A stretch of DNA of 39,848 bases from contig NC_057720.1 of NCBI RefSeq assembly GCF_004010195.1, positions 11,425,370-11,465,217 on the forward strand. Direction: 5' to 3'. This DNA is from Chiloscyllium plagiosum (taxonomy: Eukaryota). The position numbers and the translations under genes are program-made. The notes below the pieces were generated by a model. It was given only the letters and a program-made list of their open reading frames with translations. It ran no database searches and was not told the DNA's origin. Shown one piece after another: positions 1-11,289 of this stretch (positions within the stretch are counted from its first letter, which is position 1; each line of letters starts with the position of its first letter).

Positions 1-66
1 AACATGGAACTCAGCGACAAAATTCAGAGTCCAGGGTGGAATTCAGAGACACAATCTCCTGTGAAA

Positions 67-258
67 AAGTGAGGATTGCAGATGCTGGAGATCAGAGTCA
101 AAACGTGTGATGCTGGAAAAGCACAGCCGGTCAGGCAGCATCTGAGGAGCAGGAGAATCAACGTTTTGAGCAGAAGCTCCTCATCAGGAATGTTCATCAT
201 GCCCGAAACATTGACTCTCCTGCTCCTCGGATGCTGCCTAACCAGCTTGCTTTTCCAG
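67..258. mobile_element. Penelope-type fold-back mini-element (family A) with degenerate hammerhead core
   Basis: Inverted arms TGCTGGAAAAGCACAG..GGCAGCATC..GAGGAGCAGGAGA / TCTCCTGCTCCTCGGATGCTGCC..TTTTCCAGCA; CAATCTCCTGTGAAA duplicated at 52-66 and 259-273; minus strand 156-189 reads CTGATGA-G-GAGC-TTCT-GCTC-AAAAC. Confidence 0.8.
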
Positions 259-769
259 CAATCTCCTGTGAAAGGTGAGAGAGACCATTGCAAGTTGGGT
301 GGAGCGGCTTGAGAGGTGAGGTCCAGCAGGGATATCTCACAGCTCGACTCAGAGGAAACAGACCACGTGGTCTGCTGAGCAGAATCTAATGTCTGACAGC
401 TTGGAGCACCATCAGCCTTTTTGTATTCATCTCTCATTCTGCTTTACATGACATTACAAGCTTCACTGCTGATGGCATTTGTGACTAACATACAAAATAC
501 TTTAATTCAACGTATTGTGTTAAATAGCACAGTGAAATCAATTAGTGATGTTAAGATAAATACTGTCTCTGAGTTCTACAAGGCATTTTAATATTTTTCT
601 AGAAGCTGCTTCCTATGATCTGTAAGAGACGTTCCTGAATTTAACACAATGGTGATTAGATATCATACATTTTTATATGGTTTGAGACTAACCTTGGGCA
701 ATATTGCTGCCTCAGCCACGGTTTAGTCTTGATGTCAAATCGTTCTGCATTTACCAGGATTTGAACAGC

Positions 770-1018
770 ACTGAGACAGTCATGGCGTCCTGTCTGCTCT
801 CTCAGACAGCAGTAAAAGATCTCTTGACTTGAGCTTGAAACATTGCTTTATCCCTGCCATATCCTGGCCAATGTTTATCTCCCCAACGACTTCACTAAAT
901 CAATAACCTGATCATTACCACATTGCTGGAGATGGGAGCTGTTGAGAGGAGTGTGCCCATGAACTGTTGAAATGCAACTTCACTAGCCCATCAAGCAGTG
1001 GGAATATCCTGAGATGGA
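770..1018 (+). mobile_element. Deu-domain SINE, degraded
   Basis: Recalled Deu-SINE motifs (GTCTGCTCTCTCAG..TAAAAGATC, CCTGGCCAATGTTTATC, ATCATTACCACATTGCTG); similar to 1365-2065 and 36985-37372. Confidence 0.5.
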
Positions 1019-1021
1019 CTT

Positions 1022-1317
1022 GTAGACTCCACACAGTTCTGAAAGAAGCCATTCAGTCTGCACCATCCCTCCAAAAAGCATCCCACTCAGAGCCCCTGTT
1101 TACCATGGCTAACTCACCTAGCCTGCACACTACAGGGTAATTTGCCATGGCCAATCCACCTAACCTGCACACATTTGGACTATGGGAGAAAACTAGAGCA
1201 CCCAGAGGAAACCCAAACAGACATGGGGAGAATGTGCAAACTCCACACAGACAGTCACCCAAGTGGTTCCTGAGACTGTGAGGTAGCAGTGCTAACCACT
1301 GAGCCACTGCACCACCC
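1022..1317 (-). mobile_element. HE1-type tRNA-derived V-SINE
   Basis: Reverse complement has head GGTGGTGCAGTGGCTCAGTGGTTAGCACTGCTACCTCACAG and core TGTGTGGAGTTTGCACATTCTCCCC. Confidence 0.85.
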
Positions 1318-1364
1318 ATGCTGGGCATGAAGGCTTTTAGGAAACCTTTTTCCTTCCTTTTCAG

Positions 1365-2065
1365 CAGATTGCAGATTCATGCCCCACACCAAAGGCTTGA
1401 ACTCAAAAATCTAGGTTTATCCCCAGTGCAGTACTGAGTGGGTACTGCATTGCTGTGAATGCTGTCATTCAAATGAAACACGCATCCAAGACTCCATCTG
1501 CTCTCTCAGTCTCATGTAGACAATCAATTGTCACTATTTCAAAGAAAGGCAAGAGAATCGTCCTCAATGCCATGGTCTATGATATAACCCTCAAGCAGAG
1601 CCTCAAATATAGGTTATTAATGCATTTGCAGCTTAAGGAACTTTCTATGTACAAATTGACTGCTGTGCTTCCTACCTGACAGAAATCAAAAACTAGAGGG
1701 CATCAGTTTAAGGTTGGGGGGGGAAAGAATAAATGGGAACCTGAGGGGCAACTTTTTTATACAAAGAGTGGTATGCATGTGGAATGAGCTGCCAGCAGAA
1801 GGGGTTGAGGTGGGTACATTAACAACATTTAAAAGACATTTGGACAAATACATGGATAGGAAAGGTTCAGGAAGATATGCACCAAGTGCAGGGAAATGGA
1901 GTTAGCGTGGATGGATATTTTGGTCGGCACGGACCAGTTTGAGCCAAAGGACCTGTCTCCAGGCTGTTGGACTCTATGACTCTGTGACTCTAACGACAAC
2001 TTTCAAAGATTTGGATTGGCTTTAAGGAACTTTGGGGTACCCTGAGTGCTATTATATTTAATTTT
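1365..2065 (+). mobile_element. Deu-domain SINE interrupted by a CR1 3' fragment
   Basis: CCCAGTGCAGTACTGAGTG..CTGCATTG, CATCTGCTCTCTCAG, AAATTGACTGC..TTCCTAC; resumes at ~1992 with ACTTTCAAAG..ATTGGCTTTAAGG. Confidence 0.55.
1680..1991 (+). mobile_element. CR1/HER1 LINE 3' fragment
   Basis: Translates LRGNFFIQRVVCMWNELP..FKRHLDKYM (CR1 ORF2 C-terminus); tail GACTCTAT/GACTCTGT repeats. Confidence 0.85.
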
Positions 2066-2092
2066 CAATGATAGGAGGTTAGTGTCACATGT

Positions 2093-2422
2093 TAGGCCAG
2101 CATTTAATACCCATCATATTTGCTCTAATGAAGGTGATGGTCAGCTGACTTCTTGAACCACGGCAGCACATGGGGTGTAGGTATACCACCGTGCTGCTAA
2201 GGAAGGAGTTACAGGATTTTAACCAGTGACATTGAAGGAATAACAATCCATTTCTAGGTCAGGATAGTGAATGGCTTGGAGGGAAGCCTACAGGTAGGTG
2301 GTATTCCCATGTATCTGCTGCCCTTGTCCAACTAGATGGTAGTGATTGGATGATGTGGACTAAGGAGCCTTGATGAATTACTGCAGTGCATCTTTTAGAT
2401 GGTACACACTGCTGTCACTGTG
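2093..2422 (-). mobile_element. Old non-LTR retroelement 3' end (CR1/L2 group, family B partner)
   Basis: Reverse complement GGTTCAAGAAG.CAGCTGACCA.CACCTT..ATTAAATGCTGGCC, matching 27545-27835 and 15270-15415. Confidence 0.55.
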
Positions 2423-3061
2423 TCCCCCCTCTCTAACATATTCCTGGCAAACATCTAAGCCATTGAAAACAAGATGAGTGACCTTAAAGCTGGACTCATC
2501 TTCCAGAGGGATCTGAGAGTGCTGTGTGCTCCATTTCACAGTGACACGGCTCACTCCTGCTACACCGGATTGTGCCCGACAGCTTTAGGCTTTCTCAGTT
2601 CAGCAAATGGTCTACACTGTATCCATGGGCAAGGGGAGGGCGGTGGGGTCTGTCTCCTGGTGTCAGACATGGAAACCCTGGTGCGTTACTGCTCCCCGGA
2701 CCTAGACTATCTAACAGTGAAGTGCCATCCCATCTACCTGCTGCATGGTTCACCTCCCACTATCCTAACAGTGTCTACATCTCACCCCACGTGGAAGTGA
2801 AGAGTGCACTTGACAAAGTATACAAAGCTGCAAACAGTCTTAAGACAAAATGCCCCGAGCCCTCGGTCATCATGGCCAGTGACTTCAACCAGGCCAACCT
2901 CAAGGGGTTGTTATACACCTACATGTCTCCTGTCCCACCAAAGGTCCAAACATCCTTGACCATTGCTATACAACCAAAGATGCCGACTGCTCCATATTTT
3001 GGAAAATCAGATTACAAAGCTGTGTTCCTCATTCCAGCTTAAAAAGCAGAAACTGAATCAC

Positions 3062-3891
3062 GAGGATCCAGTGCAGAAACTAATGCAGTGTTAGTCTGAG
3101 GCAATGGGAGGACCCAGTGCAGAAAGTAGTGCAGTGTTAGTCTGAGGCAATGGGAGGACTCAGTACAGAAAGTAGTGCAATGTTAGTCTGAGGCAATGGG
3201 AGGACCCAGTACAGAAACTAATGCAGTGTTAGTCTGAGGCAATGGGAGGACTCAGTGCAGAAAGTAGTGCAGTGTTAGTCTGAGGCAATGGGAGGATTCA
3301 GTACAGAAAGTAGTGCAGTGTTAGTCTGAGGCAATGGGAGGACCCAGCACAGAAACTAATGCAGTGTTAGTCTGAGGCAATGGGGGGACCCAGTACAGAA
3401 AGTAGTGCAGTGTTAGTCTGAGGCAATGGGAGGACCCAGCACAGAAACTAATGCAGTGTTAGTCTGAGGCAATGGGAGGACTCAGTACAGAAAGTAGTGC
3501 AGTGTTAGTCTCAGGCAATGGGAGGACTCAGTAGAGAAAGTAGTGCAGTGTTAGTCTGAGGCAATGGGAGGACTCAGTGCAGAAAGTAGTGCAGTGTTAG
3601 TCTGAGGCAATGGGAGGACTCAGTACAGAAACTAATGCAGTGTTAGTCTGAGGCAATGGGGGGACCCAGCACAGAAACTAATGCAGTGTTAGTCTGAGGC
3701 AATGGGAGGACTCAGTACAGAAAGTAGTGTATTGTTAGTCTGAGGCAATGGGGGGACCCAGTACAGAAACTAATGCAAAGTTAGTCTGAGGCAATGGGAG
3801 GACTCAGTGCAGAAAGTAGTGCAGTGTTAGTCTGAGGCAATGGGAGGACCCAGTGCAGAAAGTAGTGCAGTGTTAGTCTGAGGCAATGGAA
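3062..3891 (+). repeat. 46-bp minisatellite, 18 copies
   Basis: Unit CAGTGCAGAAAGTAGTGCAGTGTTAGTCTGAGGCAATGGGAGGAC(C/T); unit starts at 3069, 3115, 3161, 3207 ... 3851. Confidence 0.97.
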
Positions 3892-4074
3892 GGGCTTGTA
3901 TGGGACTGCTTAGAGTCAGTGGATTGATTCATGTTCAACAACTCAGTGGCCACCCTAAACGGGTATGCAACTACCATCACAGACTTCATCAGTAAGTGTA
4001 TAGAAGACTGTGTGCCGAAGAAGTTAATCCGAACGCTCCCCAACCAGAAACCAGGGATGAACCGGGAGATCCAC

Positions 4075-4778
4075 TCAAAGAGTGTGGTACTGGAATAGCA
4101 CAGCTAGTCAGGCAGCATCCGAGGAAAGTCGATGTTTCAAGCATAAACTCTTCATCAGGAATGAGGCTTGTGGCCCAAGGGGGCTGAGAGATAAATGGTA
4201 GGGGGTGAGGCTGAGGGGAAGTTAGCTTGGAATGCAATAGGCAGATGAAGGTGGGGATGAAGGTCATAAGTTGGAGAAGAGGGTGGAGCGAATGGGTGGG
4301 AAGGAAGATGGATAAGTAGGACAGGTCATGAGGGCAGTGTTGAGTTTGAAGGTTGGATCTGGGATAAGGTGGGGAGGGGAAATGAGGAAATTGGTGAAAT
4401 CAACATTGATCCAATGTAGCTGGAGGGTCGCAAGGCAGAAGATAAAACATTCATTCTCCAGGCATTAGACCAACTCGGCTCCACCCTCATGACTTGTCCA
4501 TCTTTCTTCCCACCTATCCGCTCCACACACCTTTCTGACCTATCACCTTCACCCCCATCTTCATCTACCTAATGCATTCCCAGCTACCTTCCCCCCAGCC
4601 CCACCCCCCCCCCTCCCATTTATCTCTCAACCCCTTTGGCCATCCCCTCACTCCTGATGAAGGGTTTATACCCAAAGCATTGACTCTCCTGCTCCTCAGG
4701 TGCTGCCTGACCTGCTGTTCTTTTCCGGCACCACCATTCGACTCTGATCTCCAGTATCTTAAGTCCTCACTTTCTCCT
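4075..4778. mobile_element. Long Penelope-type fold-back element (family A), two hammerhead-like cores
   Basis: About 280-300 bp imperfect inverted arms; GGGAGATCCAC duplicated at 4064-4074 and 4779-4789; cores at 4127-4161 (minus) and 4651-4685 (plus). Confidence 0.8.
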
Positions 4779-5496
4779 GGGAGATCCACCCCTGACTGAA
4801 GTCCAGGTCTGAGGCATTCAAGTTGGGCAGCCCTGACCTATACAGGAAATCCAGGTACGACCTTCACCAGAGACGCAGCCCTAGCCCTACGCTCATCCCC
4901 AGAACATCTGGAAAATAAGGATACCTACTTCAGGCTCCTGTTTATTAACTACAGGTCCACCCTCAACACCATAATTTCAAACAAAATGACCTCTAAAACT
5001 CTGAGAGCTAGGTCTCAGCTCCTCCCTCTGTAAGTGGATTCTCGCCTTTCTGACACATGGACCATGTTGAGTAAGAATAGGCAATAACACCTCCTCCATC
5101 ATAATCCTCAACATCAGGGTGCCTCAAGGCTGTGTACTCAGCCCCTTACTACACTCCTTATACACTCACAGGACCGTGTGGCCAAATCCGGCTCAACTCC
5201 ATTTACAAGTTTGCCAACAACACCACCATTGTAGGTCAAACTTGGCATGTCAACAAAGACTTTTACCAAATTTTATAGATGTGCGATAAAAAGCATCCTA
5301 CTGAACACATCACAGTTTGACATGGCAACAGCTCTCCTCAAGACCACAAGCAACTACAGTGATAAATCAAATCACATCAACTCATTTGTGAATTGAGTGA
5401 ATGTTGAAGGTGGATGTGGTACCAATAAAGCAGCCGCTTTGTCCTGGTTGTGTTTTGCTGGAGCTGCACCCGTCCAGACAAGTAGGAGTACATTCA

Positions 5497-5620
5497 TCTC
5501 TCCATCCCGGAGACTCCCTGCCTTTATTCCTGATGAAAGGCTTTTGCCCAAACAGTGATTTTCCTGCTCCTTGGATGCTGCCTGACCTGCTGTGCTTTTC
5601 CAGCACCACTCTAATCTGAT
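5497..5620 (+). mobile_element. Penelope-type family A single arm with hammerhead-like core
   Basis: TTCCTGATGAAAGGCTTTTGCCCAAAC at 5527-5553 then TTTTCCTGCTCCTTGGATGCTGCCTGACCTGCTGTGCTTTTCCAGCACCAC. Confidence 0.75.
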
Positions 5621-5783
5621 ACTCCATCATACTCCTGACTTGGTGCCTTGTAGGTGATGGACAGACTTTGGGAGTAAGGAAGTGTTTATCTCACTAAAGA
5701 ACTCCTAGTCTCTGGCCTGCTCTGGTTTCCAGGCCAGTTTCTGGTAACTTTGCAGGATGTTGATATTGGCAATAGTAATGCTA

Positions 5784-6121
5784 TAGAATATCATAGAATC
5801 CCTGCAGTGTGGAAAGAGGCCAAATGGTCTATCAAATCTGCACTAATCCTCCAAAAAGCAGCCCACCCAGATCCTGATCCCACCCTATCTCCATAACTTG
5901 CATTTACAATGGCTAGTTCACCCAGCCTGCACATCCCTGGACACTATGGACAATTAATCCACATGACCTGTGCATCTTTGGATTGTGGGAGAAAACTGGA
6001 GCACGCAGACACGGGGCGAACATGTAAAGTCCACACAGACAGTCACCTGTTAGTGGAATCGAACTCAGGTCCCTGGTGTTGTGAGGCCAGCATTGCTAAC
6101 CACTGAGCCCCTGTGCTGCCC
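5784..6121 (-). mobile_element. HE1-type SINE, near full length
   Basis: Head with B-box GAGTTCGATTCC on minus strand, V-core, HER1-like tail. Confidence 0.85.
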
Positions 6122-6393
6122 AGGTGCATATCAAGGGGCATTAGTTAGATTCTCTCTTATGGAAGATGGTCATTTCTTGTCACTTGTGTGGTGTGAATGT
6201 TACTTGTTTCTTTGGATAATGTCCAGATCTTGTTGAATTTAAACATGGACTGCTTCAGTATCTGAGGATTCATGAATGGTGCTGAATATTGTCCAGTTAT
6301 TGGTGAATATTCCCACTCTGATGTATGATGGAGGGTAAGTCACTGGTAAGCAGGTTAAAATGACTGGACCTCAAATACTCCTTAGGATCTTGT

Positions 6394-6620
6394 AGTAGGT
6401 GGTATTGTCCCTACCTCTGAGCTAGGACATCCGGGTTCGAGTCTCAACTGCTTCAGAGGTACGTAATACAATCGCTGAACATATTGATGAGAAAATATCT
6501 CGATGATACTTTTGTGGCACAGTGGTAATGTCCATATCTCTTAGCTAGGAGACCTGGATTCAAGTCCCAACTGCTCCAGGAGTACATAATAACATCTCTG
6601 AATAGATTGTTTAAAAATAT
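6394..6620 (+). mobile_element. Two tandem copies of a ~105-bp tRNA-derived short element
   Basis: 6394-6499 and 6513-6620 share GTGGTA.TGTCC..A.CTCT.AGCTAGGA..GG.TTC.AGTC.CAACTGCT.CAG..CTGAA.A.ATTG..AAAATAT; B-box GGTTCGAGTC. Confidence 0.65.
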
Positions 6621-7305
6621 TGACCCTGAGGAACTGCTACGGATGTGTCCTGGAGCTGAGATGACTGATTTGATAATTATATTTAATTACATGCCAGTGT
6701 TGGGTACTCCGTGGGATTGAGGTGTTGATAGCTATAGGAACATATTGAAACTGTGGAAGTTTAAATGAGAGGGGAGCTGTTTGTAATGTGTAATCTCTTA
6801 AATAAAAGTGTGGAAAGATTGGCTTCCGTCCTATCTTTCACCTCGCCTCCTGAAATAAAAATGTGGGTCGATAAAGGTGTTGCACAAAAGCAATTATCTC
6901 TTCCTTCCAATACAACTAATATCATGCAGTAAGGCATTGCAGCAGCCCCTACAACAGGAACCAAAGTTGTTGTGCTGTTCAGTGGAGACTCTGTCAAACG
7001 GTTAGTGTTTCAGTCAGAGCGGCAGCAAATTCAATGGAGAACAATTGGCCCAAAGTCAAAACCGTAAACTATCACCTGGAAAGTCTTTGCCTTAGAGCTA
7101 GCACTCAATGGAAATTTGTAGAAAATCTTTTCCAAACTGAACTATATAAACCGCAGTAACCTCTTTGATTTCCTCCTGAGTCAGATTTTGGTGGATGGTA
7201 TAGTTTGCAGATGAACGTTGAAACAATTAGAGAATACCACCAGTATCCTCACCAATTTATTACCAGATTTTTTTTTCATAGATTAATATAGGATATACAG
7301 CAGAA

Positions 7306-7462
7306 TGCCACCCTGCCCACCTATCACCCTACACACCTGCCACCCTGCCCAACTGCCACCCTGTCCACTGACACCATACACACACCTGCCACCCTGCCCA
7401 TCTATCACCCTACACACCTGCCATTCTGCCCATCTATCACCCTACACACTTCACACTTGCCA
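7306..7462 (+). repeat. C-rich ~32-bp minisatellite, about 4 imperfect copies
   Basis: Unit TGCCACCCTGCCCA(C/T)CTATCACCCTACACACC. Confidence 0.85.
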
Positions 7463-7591
7463 CTTAATACCAAATGTGAAAAATCAAATATGCACCAAAC
7501 CTATACAAATTCAAGGAAAGAATAAGACATTGTAAACAACAGGCCACTGATCATGCTCAGATAAATTCATAACAGGGGAACATGACGGCAT

Positions 7592-8015
7592 TAGAACTAG
7601 GAGCAGGAAGAGACCATTCAGCCTTTCCAGCCCACTCCATCATTTTATACAGTCATGGCTGGTCTCATCTCAGCTGCTGACCAGCCTGGTAGCCATACGG
7701 TAACAGTAGGCCTCCACACCGAATCTCTACACTGTGGAGCAGGCCATTTGGCCCATCTATTACCTCCTATTCGCCATTACGCTTTATGCTGTTACAAAAT
7801 AAAAATCTGTCTCCCTTGTTCTTCAATTTACTCAATGCCCCAGCATCCACCCCACTGTGAGATAGTAAATCCTACAGATTCACGATTCTTTGTGAGAAGT
7901 AACTGCTCCTCATCTATGTTTTAAGTCTGTTCCTTCTTAACCTAAAACTATGACATCTCATTCTAGATCTTATATACCTCAATTAGATCACCTCTCATTA
8001 TTCTAAACTGCAGGG
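7592..8015 (-). mobile_element. Old CR1 3' fragment(s)
   Basis: AGAACTAGGAGCAGGAAGAGACCATTCAGCC..TCATGGCTG tail type; same subfamily as 23855-24075. Confidence 0.55.
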
Positions 8016-8284
8016 AGAATTCAGACAAATTAATTGAAGTACAATGTGATGTTAAGGGAGAGATCACTGTCAGAAAACTTGAAGCAGTTCAAAAGCACAT
8101 GTTTTCTCTTTTTTAACACAAAGCTGGGAGAAAAATAACAGCAACAAATTTGCATCTCTCTGTCCCCAGAATGCCTCACATCCAGCAGCCAGGTCAGGAG
8201 AAATTTTGACATTGAACCGCGTAAGTTGAGACAAGAGGATCAAAAACTCAGCCAAAGAGGTAGATTTGAAGGAGACAAGTCACG

Positions 8285-8385
8285 GGACTAAAAACGGTAA
8301 CTCTCTTCCCACAGAAGCTGCCAAATCTGCTGAGTTTCTCCAGCAATTTCTGTTTTTGTTTGCTTTAGATATCCAACACCTGCAG
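8285..8385 (+). mobile_element. Penelope-type family C single arm
   Basis: TAACTCTCTTCCCACAGAAGCTGCCAAATCTGCTGAGTTTCTCCAGCAATTTCTGTTTTTG resembles arms at 17088-17290. Confidence 0.5.
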
Positions 8386-9352
8386 TTAGAGTCTTAGAGT
8401 CATAGAGATGTACAGCATGGAAACAGACCCTTCGGTACAGCCTCTACCACTTCCTCTGGCAGCCCATTCCACACAAGCATCACCCTCTGCATGAAAAAGT
8501 TGCCCCTTAGGTCCCTTTTTATATCTTTCCACTCTCACCCTAAACCTATGCCCTCTAGTTCTGGACTCTACCATCCCAGGGAAATCACTTTGTCTATTTA
8601 CTCTATCCATGCCCCTCATGATTTTATAAACCTCTATAATGTCACCCCTCAGCCTCCGACGCTCCAGGGAAAACAGCCCCAGCATGTTCAACCTCTCCCT
8701 ACAGCTCAAACTCTCTAACCCTGGCAACATCCTTGTATATCTTTTCTGAACCCTTTCAAGTTTCACAACATGTTACCCCTCAGCCTCCGACGCTCCAGGG
8801 AAAACAGCCCCAGCCTGTTCAGCCTCTCCCTATAGCTCAAACTCTCCAACCCTGGCAACATCCTTGTACATCTTTTCTGACCCCTTTCAAGTTTCACAAC
8901 ATCTTTCTGATGGGAAGGAGACCAGAACTACATGCAATATTCCAACAGTGGCCGAACCAATGTCCTGTACAGCCGCAGCATGACCTCCCTACTCCTATAC
9001 TCAATACTCTGACCAATAAAGGAAAGCATACCAAACGCCTGATTCACTATCCTATCTACCTGCGATTCCACTTTCAAGGAGCCATGAACCTGCACTCCAA
9101 GGTCTCTTTATTCAACAACACTCCTTAGGACCTTACCATTAAGTGTATAAGTCCTTCTCAGATTTGTTTCCCAAAATGCATTTATCTAAATTAAAGCCCA
9201 TCTGCCACTTTTCAGCCCATTGGCCCATCTGATCAAGATCCTGTTGTAATCTGAAGTAACCTTCTTCGCTCTCCACTACACCTCCAAATTTGGTGTCATC
9301 AGCAAATTTACTAACTATCTCTCTTATGTTCACATCCAAACCATTTGTATAA
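8386..9352 (-). mobile_element. HER1/CR1 LINE 3' portion with internal deletion and 131-bp tandem duplication
   Basis: VSKFADDTKFGGVV, KLERVQKRYTRMLPGL..LERRRLRGD; 8640-8770 repeated at 8771-8901. Confidence 0.92.
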
Positions 9353-9544
9353 TAGTGGATCCAGCACCAATGTTCTTGTAGATTTTAAAGTGTTTACTCT
9401 TTGCAGAGACAGAGAGGAGGGGCTTGGAGGGGATAGGAGAGGGAATTCCAGAGGTTTGGGAAGCTGACAGTTGATGGAACAACCCCAAATGATGCTTGAA
9501 ATAGTGGGGAAGAGTTGTAGCCCAATGTGGAAGACAGCAGAGCT

Positions 9545-9985
9545 TCTGAAAGATGGGTTTGCACTTGAGAGAGTACAAAGGAAATTGGGAAGGATGGTGC
9601 TGGGACTGAACAATTTTAGTTCTGAAGAAAGTTTGGATAGATTAGAGTAGTTTTCTTTGGACCAAAGAAGGCTGAGAGGAAACCTGATGAAAATTTATAA
9701 AATTATGAAGCGTCTAGATAGAGCAGATGGGAAGGCCCTACTCCTGTGGGTTGAGAGTTTCATCATTGGGAGCCAAGGACGTAGAGTAAGTGGCAGGAGG
9801 TTGAGAGGGAGTTCAAGAGCTTTTTCTTTCAACCAGAGGGGTGTGTGGATTTGGAATACATTGACTAAGAGGTTGGTAGGGGCAGAAACCTTCAATCATA
9901 AGGCACCTGGATATGCCTACAAAACCTTCCGACACAACCTCCAAGGCTACAAACCAAGAACTGGAAGATGGGATTAGGCTGAATA
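9545..9985 (+). mobile_element. Old CR1 3' fragment
   Basis: LERVQRK.GRMV.GL, QRRLRGNLMKIYKIMK, FNQRGVWIWNTL. Confidence 0.75.
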
Positions 9986-10327
9986 GAATCACAGAATCCC
10001 CATGGGGTGGAAAGAAGCCATTTGGCCAATTGAGTCTGTACTGGCCCTCCAAAAGGCATACCACCCAGCCCCAGCCACCATCCCTAAAACCCTGCATTTT
10101 CCACAGCTAATCCACCTAGCCTGTGCATCCCTGGACACTATGGGGTAATTTAGCATGGTCAATCCACCTAACCTGCACATCTTTGGACTGTGGGAGGAAA
10201 CTGCAGCAGCCGGAGGAAACCTGCACAAACACAGGAAGGATATGCAAACTCCACACAGACAGTCACCCGAGGCTGGAATCGAACCCAGGTCCCTGAGCAT
10301 TCGAACCACAAAAACCCCATGCTGCCC
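9985..10327 (-). mobile_element. HE1-type SINE
   Basis: V-core and B-box GGGTTCGATTCCAGCCTCGGGTGACTG on minus strand. Confidence 0.85.
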
Positions 10328-10588
10328 CTCAGTGGGGTAGTGCACTGTAAATCAATTCTCACTATTCCAGAAGTCATCATAAAAGTTAAAGATTTTTCTT
10401 TAATATACAAAATCTTCACATTACTAGATTTTCAGATCCAGTTTGATAGAAAATATGAATCAGGTTTCTGTACTTCACAAGAAATCAGTGTTTACTGCAA
10501 GTCATTAGATTTTGGCTTCAAGTAAATCATTAAAATAAATTAGTTAACTCTACAAACTTTATACCCCCTACAACATATACACACATAG

Positions 10589-10891
10589 TGGGTGGCACGG
10601 TGACACAGTGGTTAGCACTGCTGCCTCACAGCACCAGAGACCTGGGTTCAATTCCCGCCTCAGGTGACTCTCTGTGTGGAGTTTGCACATTCTCCCCGTG
10701 TCTGGGTGCTCCGGTTTCCTCCCACAGTCCAAAAATGTGCAGGTTACGTGAATTGGCCATGCTAAATTGCCCATACTGTTAGGTGAAGGGGTAAATGTAG
10801 GAGTATGGGTCTGGGTGGAATATGCTTCGGCAGATCGGTGTGGACTTGTTGGGCCAAAGGGCCTGTTTCCACACTGTAAGTAATCTAATCT
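10589..10891 (+). mobile_element. HE1-type SINE inserted in CA/TA-rich low-complexity DNA
   Basis: GGGTGGCACGGTGACACAGTGGTTAGCACTGCTGCCTCACAG..GGTTCAATTCC..GGGCCTGTTTCCACACTGTAAGTAATCTAATCTA. Confidence 0.92.
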
Positions 10892-11289
10892 ACACATACA
10901 TGCTTGTGCACAAATATACATACGCACCTACATACACATTCACAAACGCATACAAAATGCACGTGTGTATATGCAGAGACAAACACAAACAGCTAAAATA
11001 AACAGATACAGAGAAAAATCTATTTCATGGTTTTTGTTCGCAAGATCTGTTGGGTTGGTTCTTGCTAATCCAGAGGCTTCTCCTCATCCTAGCATTCCAT
11101 GAATGCTTCCACTGGTTTGCAAGAGGCACAGGGTGGCTGGTTCACTTACTCTATGACTTATCCAATTCAAATTGACAACTTGCAGCATCCCCAGAAGGAA
11201 ATATAAGCTGATTTTCCTTCCAGTTGATGGTGACTTTCTGCACAGAACTGAGAGTGAGTTGTCGACAGTTAGTACCTCCTCTAGTCTCA

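Larger units (their letters stand above)
2425..5360 (+). mobile_element. Rex1/Babar-type LINE remnant (APE plus RT), internally deleted and carrying two insertions
   Basis: APE motifs CSPDLDYLTVKCHP, VYISPH, ASDFNQANLK, YFGKSDYKAVFLIPA; RT motifs at 4880-5240 (EHLENKDTY, GVPQGCVLSPLL, KFANNTTIVG with both catalytic Asp changed); stops and frameshifts. Confidence 0.85.
5385..6680 (-). mobile_element. Old non-LTR retroelement RT-region remnant hosting several nested insertions
   Basis: Segments 5385-5490, 5620-5783, 6122-6390, 6620-6680 read as degraded RT coding on the minus strand (e.g. NIQHHS..DTEAVH near 6245-6290); family not firmly assigned. Confidence 0.45.

Noticed and set aside
24..437. 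137-aa minus-strand ORF as a gene
   Set aside because: Nearly half of it is the fold-back insert, and the rest has no recognisable domain
3062..3891. CRISPR-like regular array
   Set aside because: Units are contiguous with no unique spacers, there are no cas genes, and the context is a eukaryotic LINE
10589..10660. tRNA gene
   Set aside because: tRNA-like head is continuous with HE1 core and tail; same for the other SINE heads
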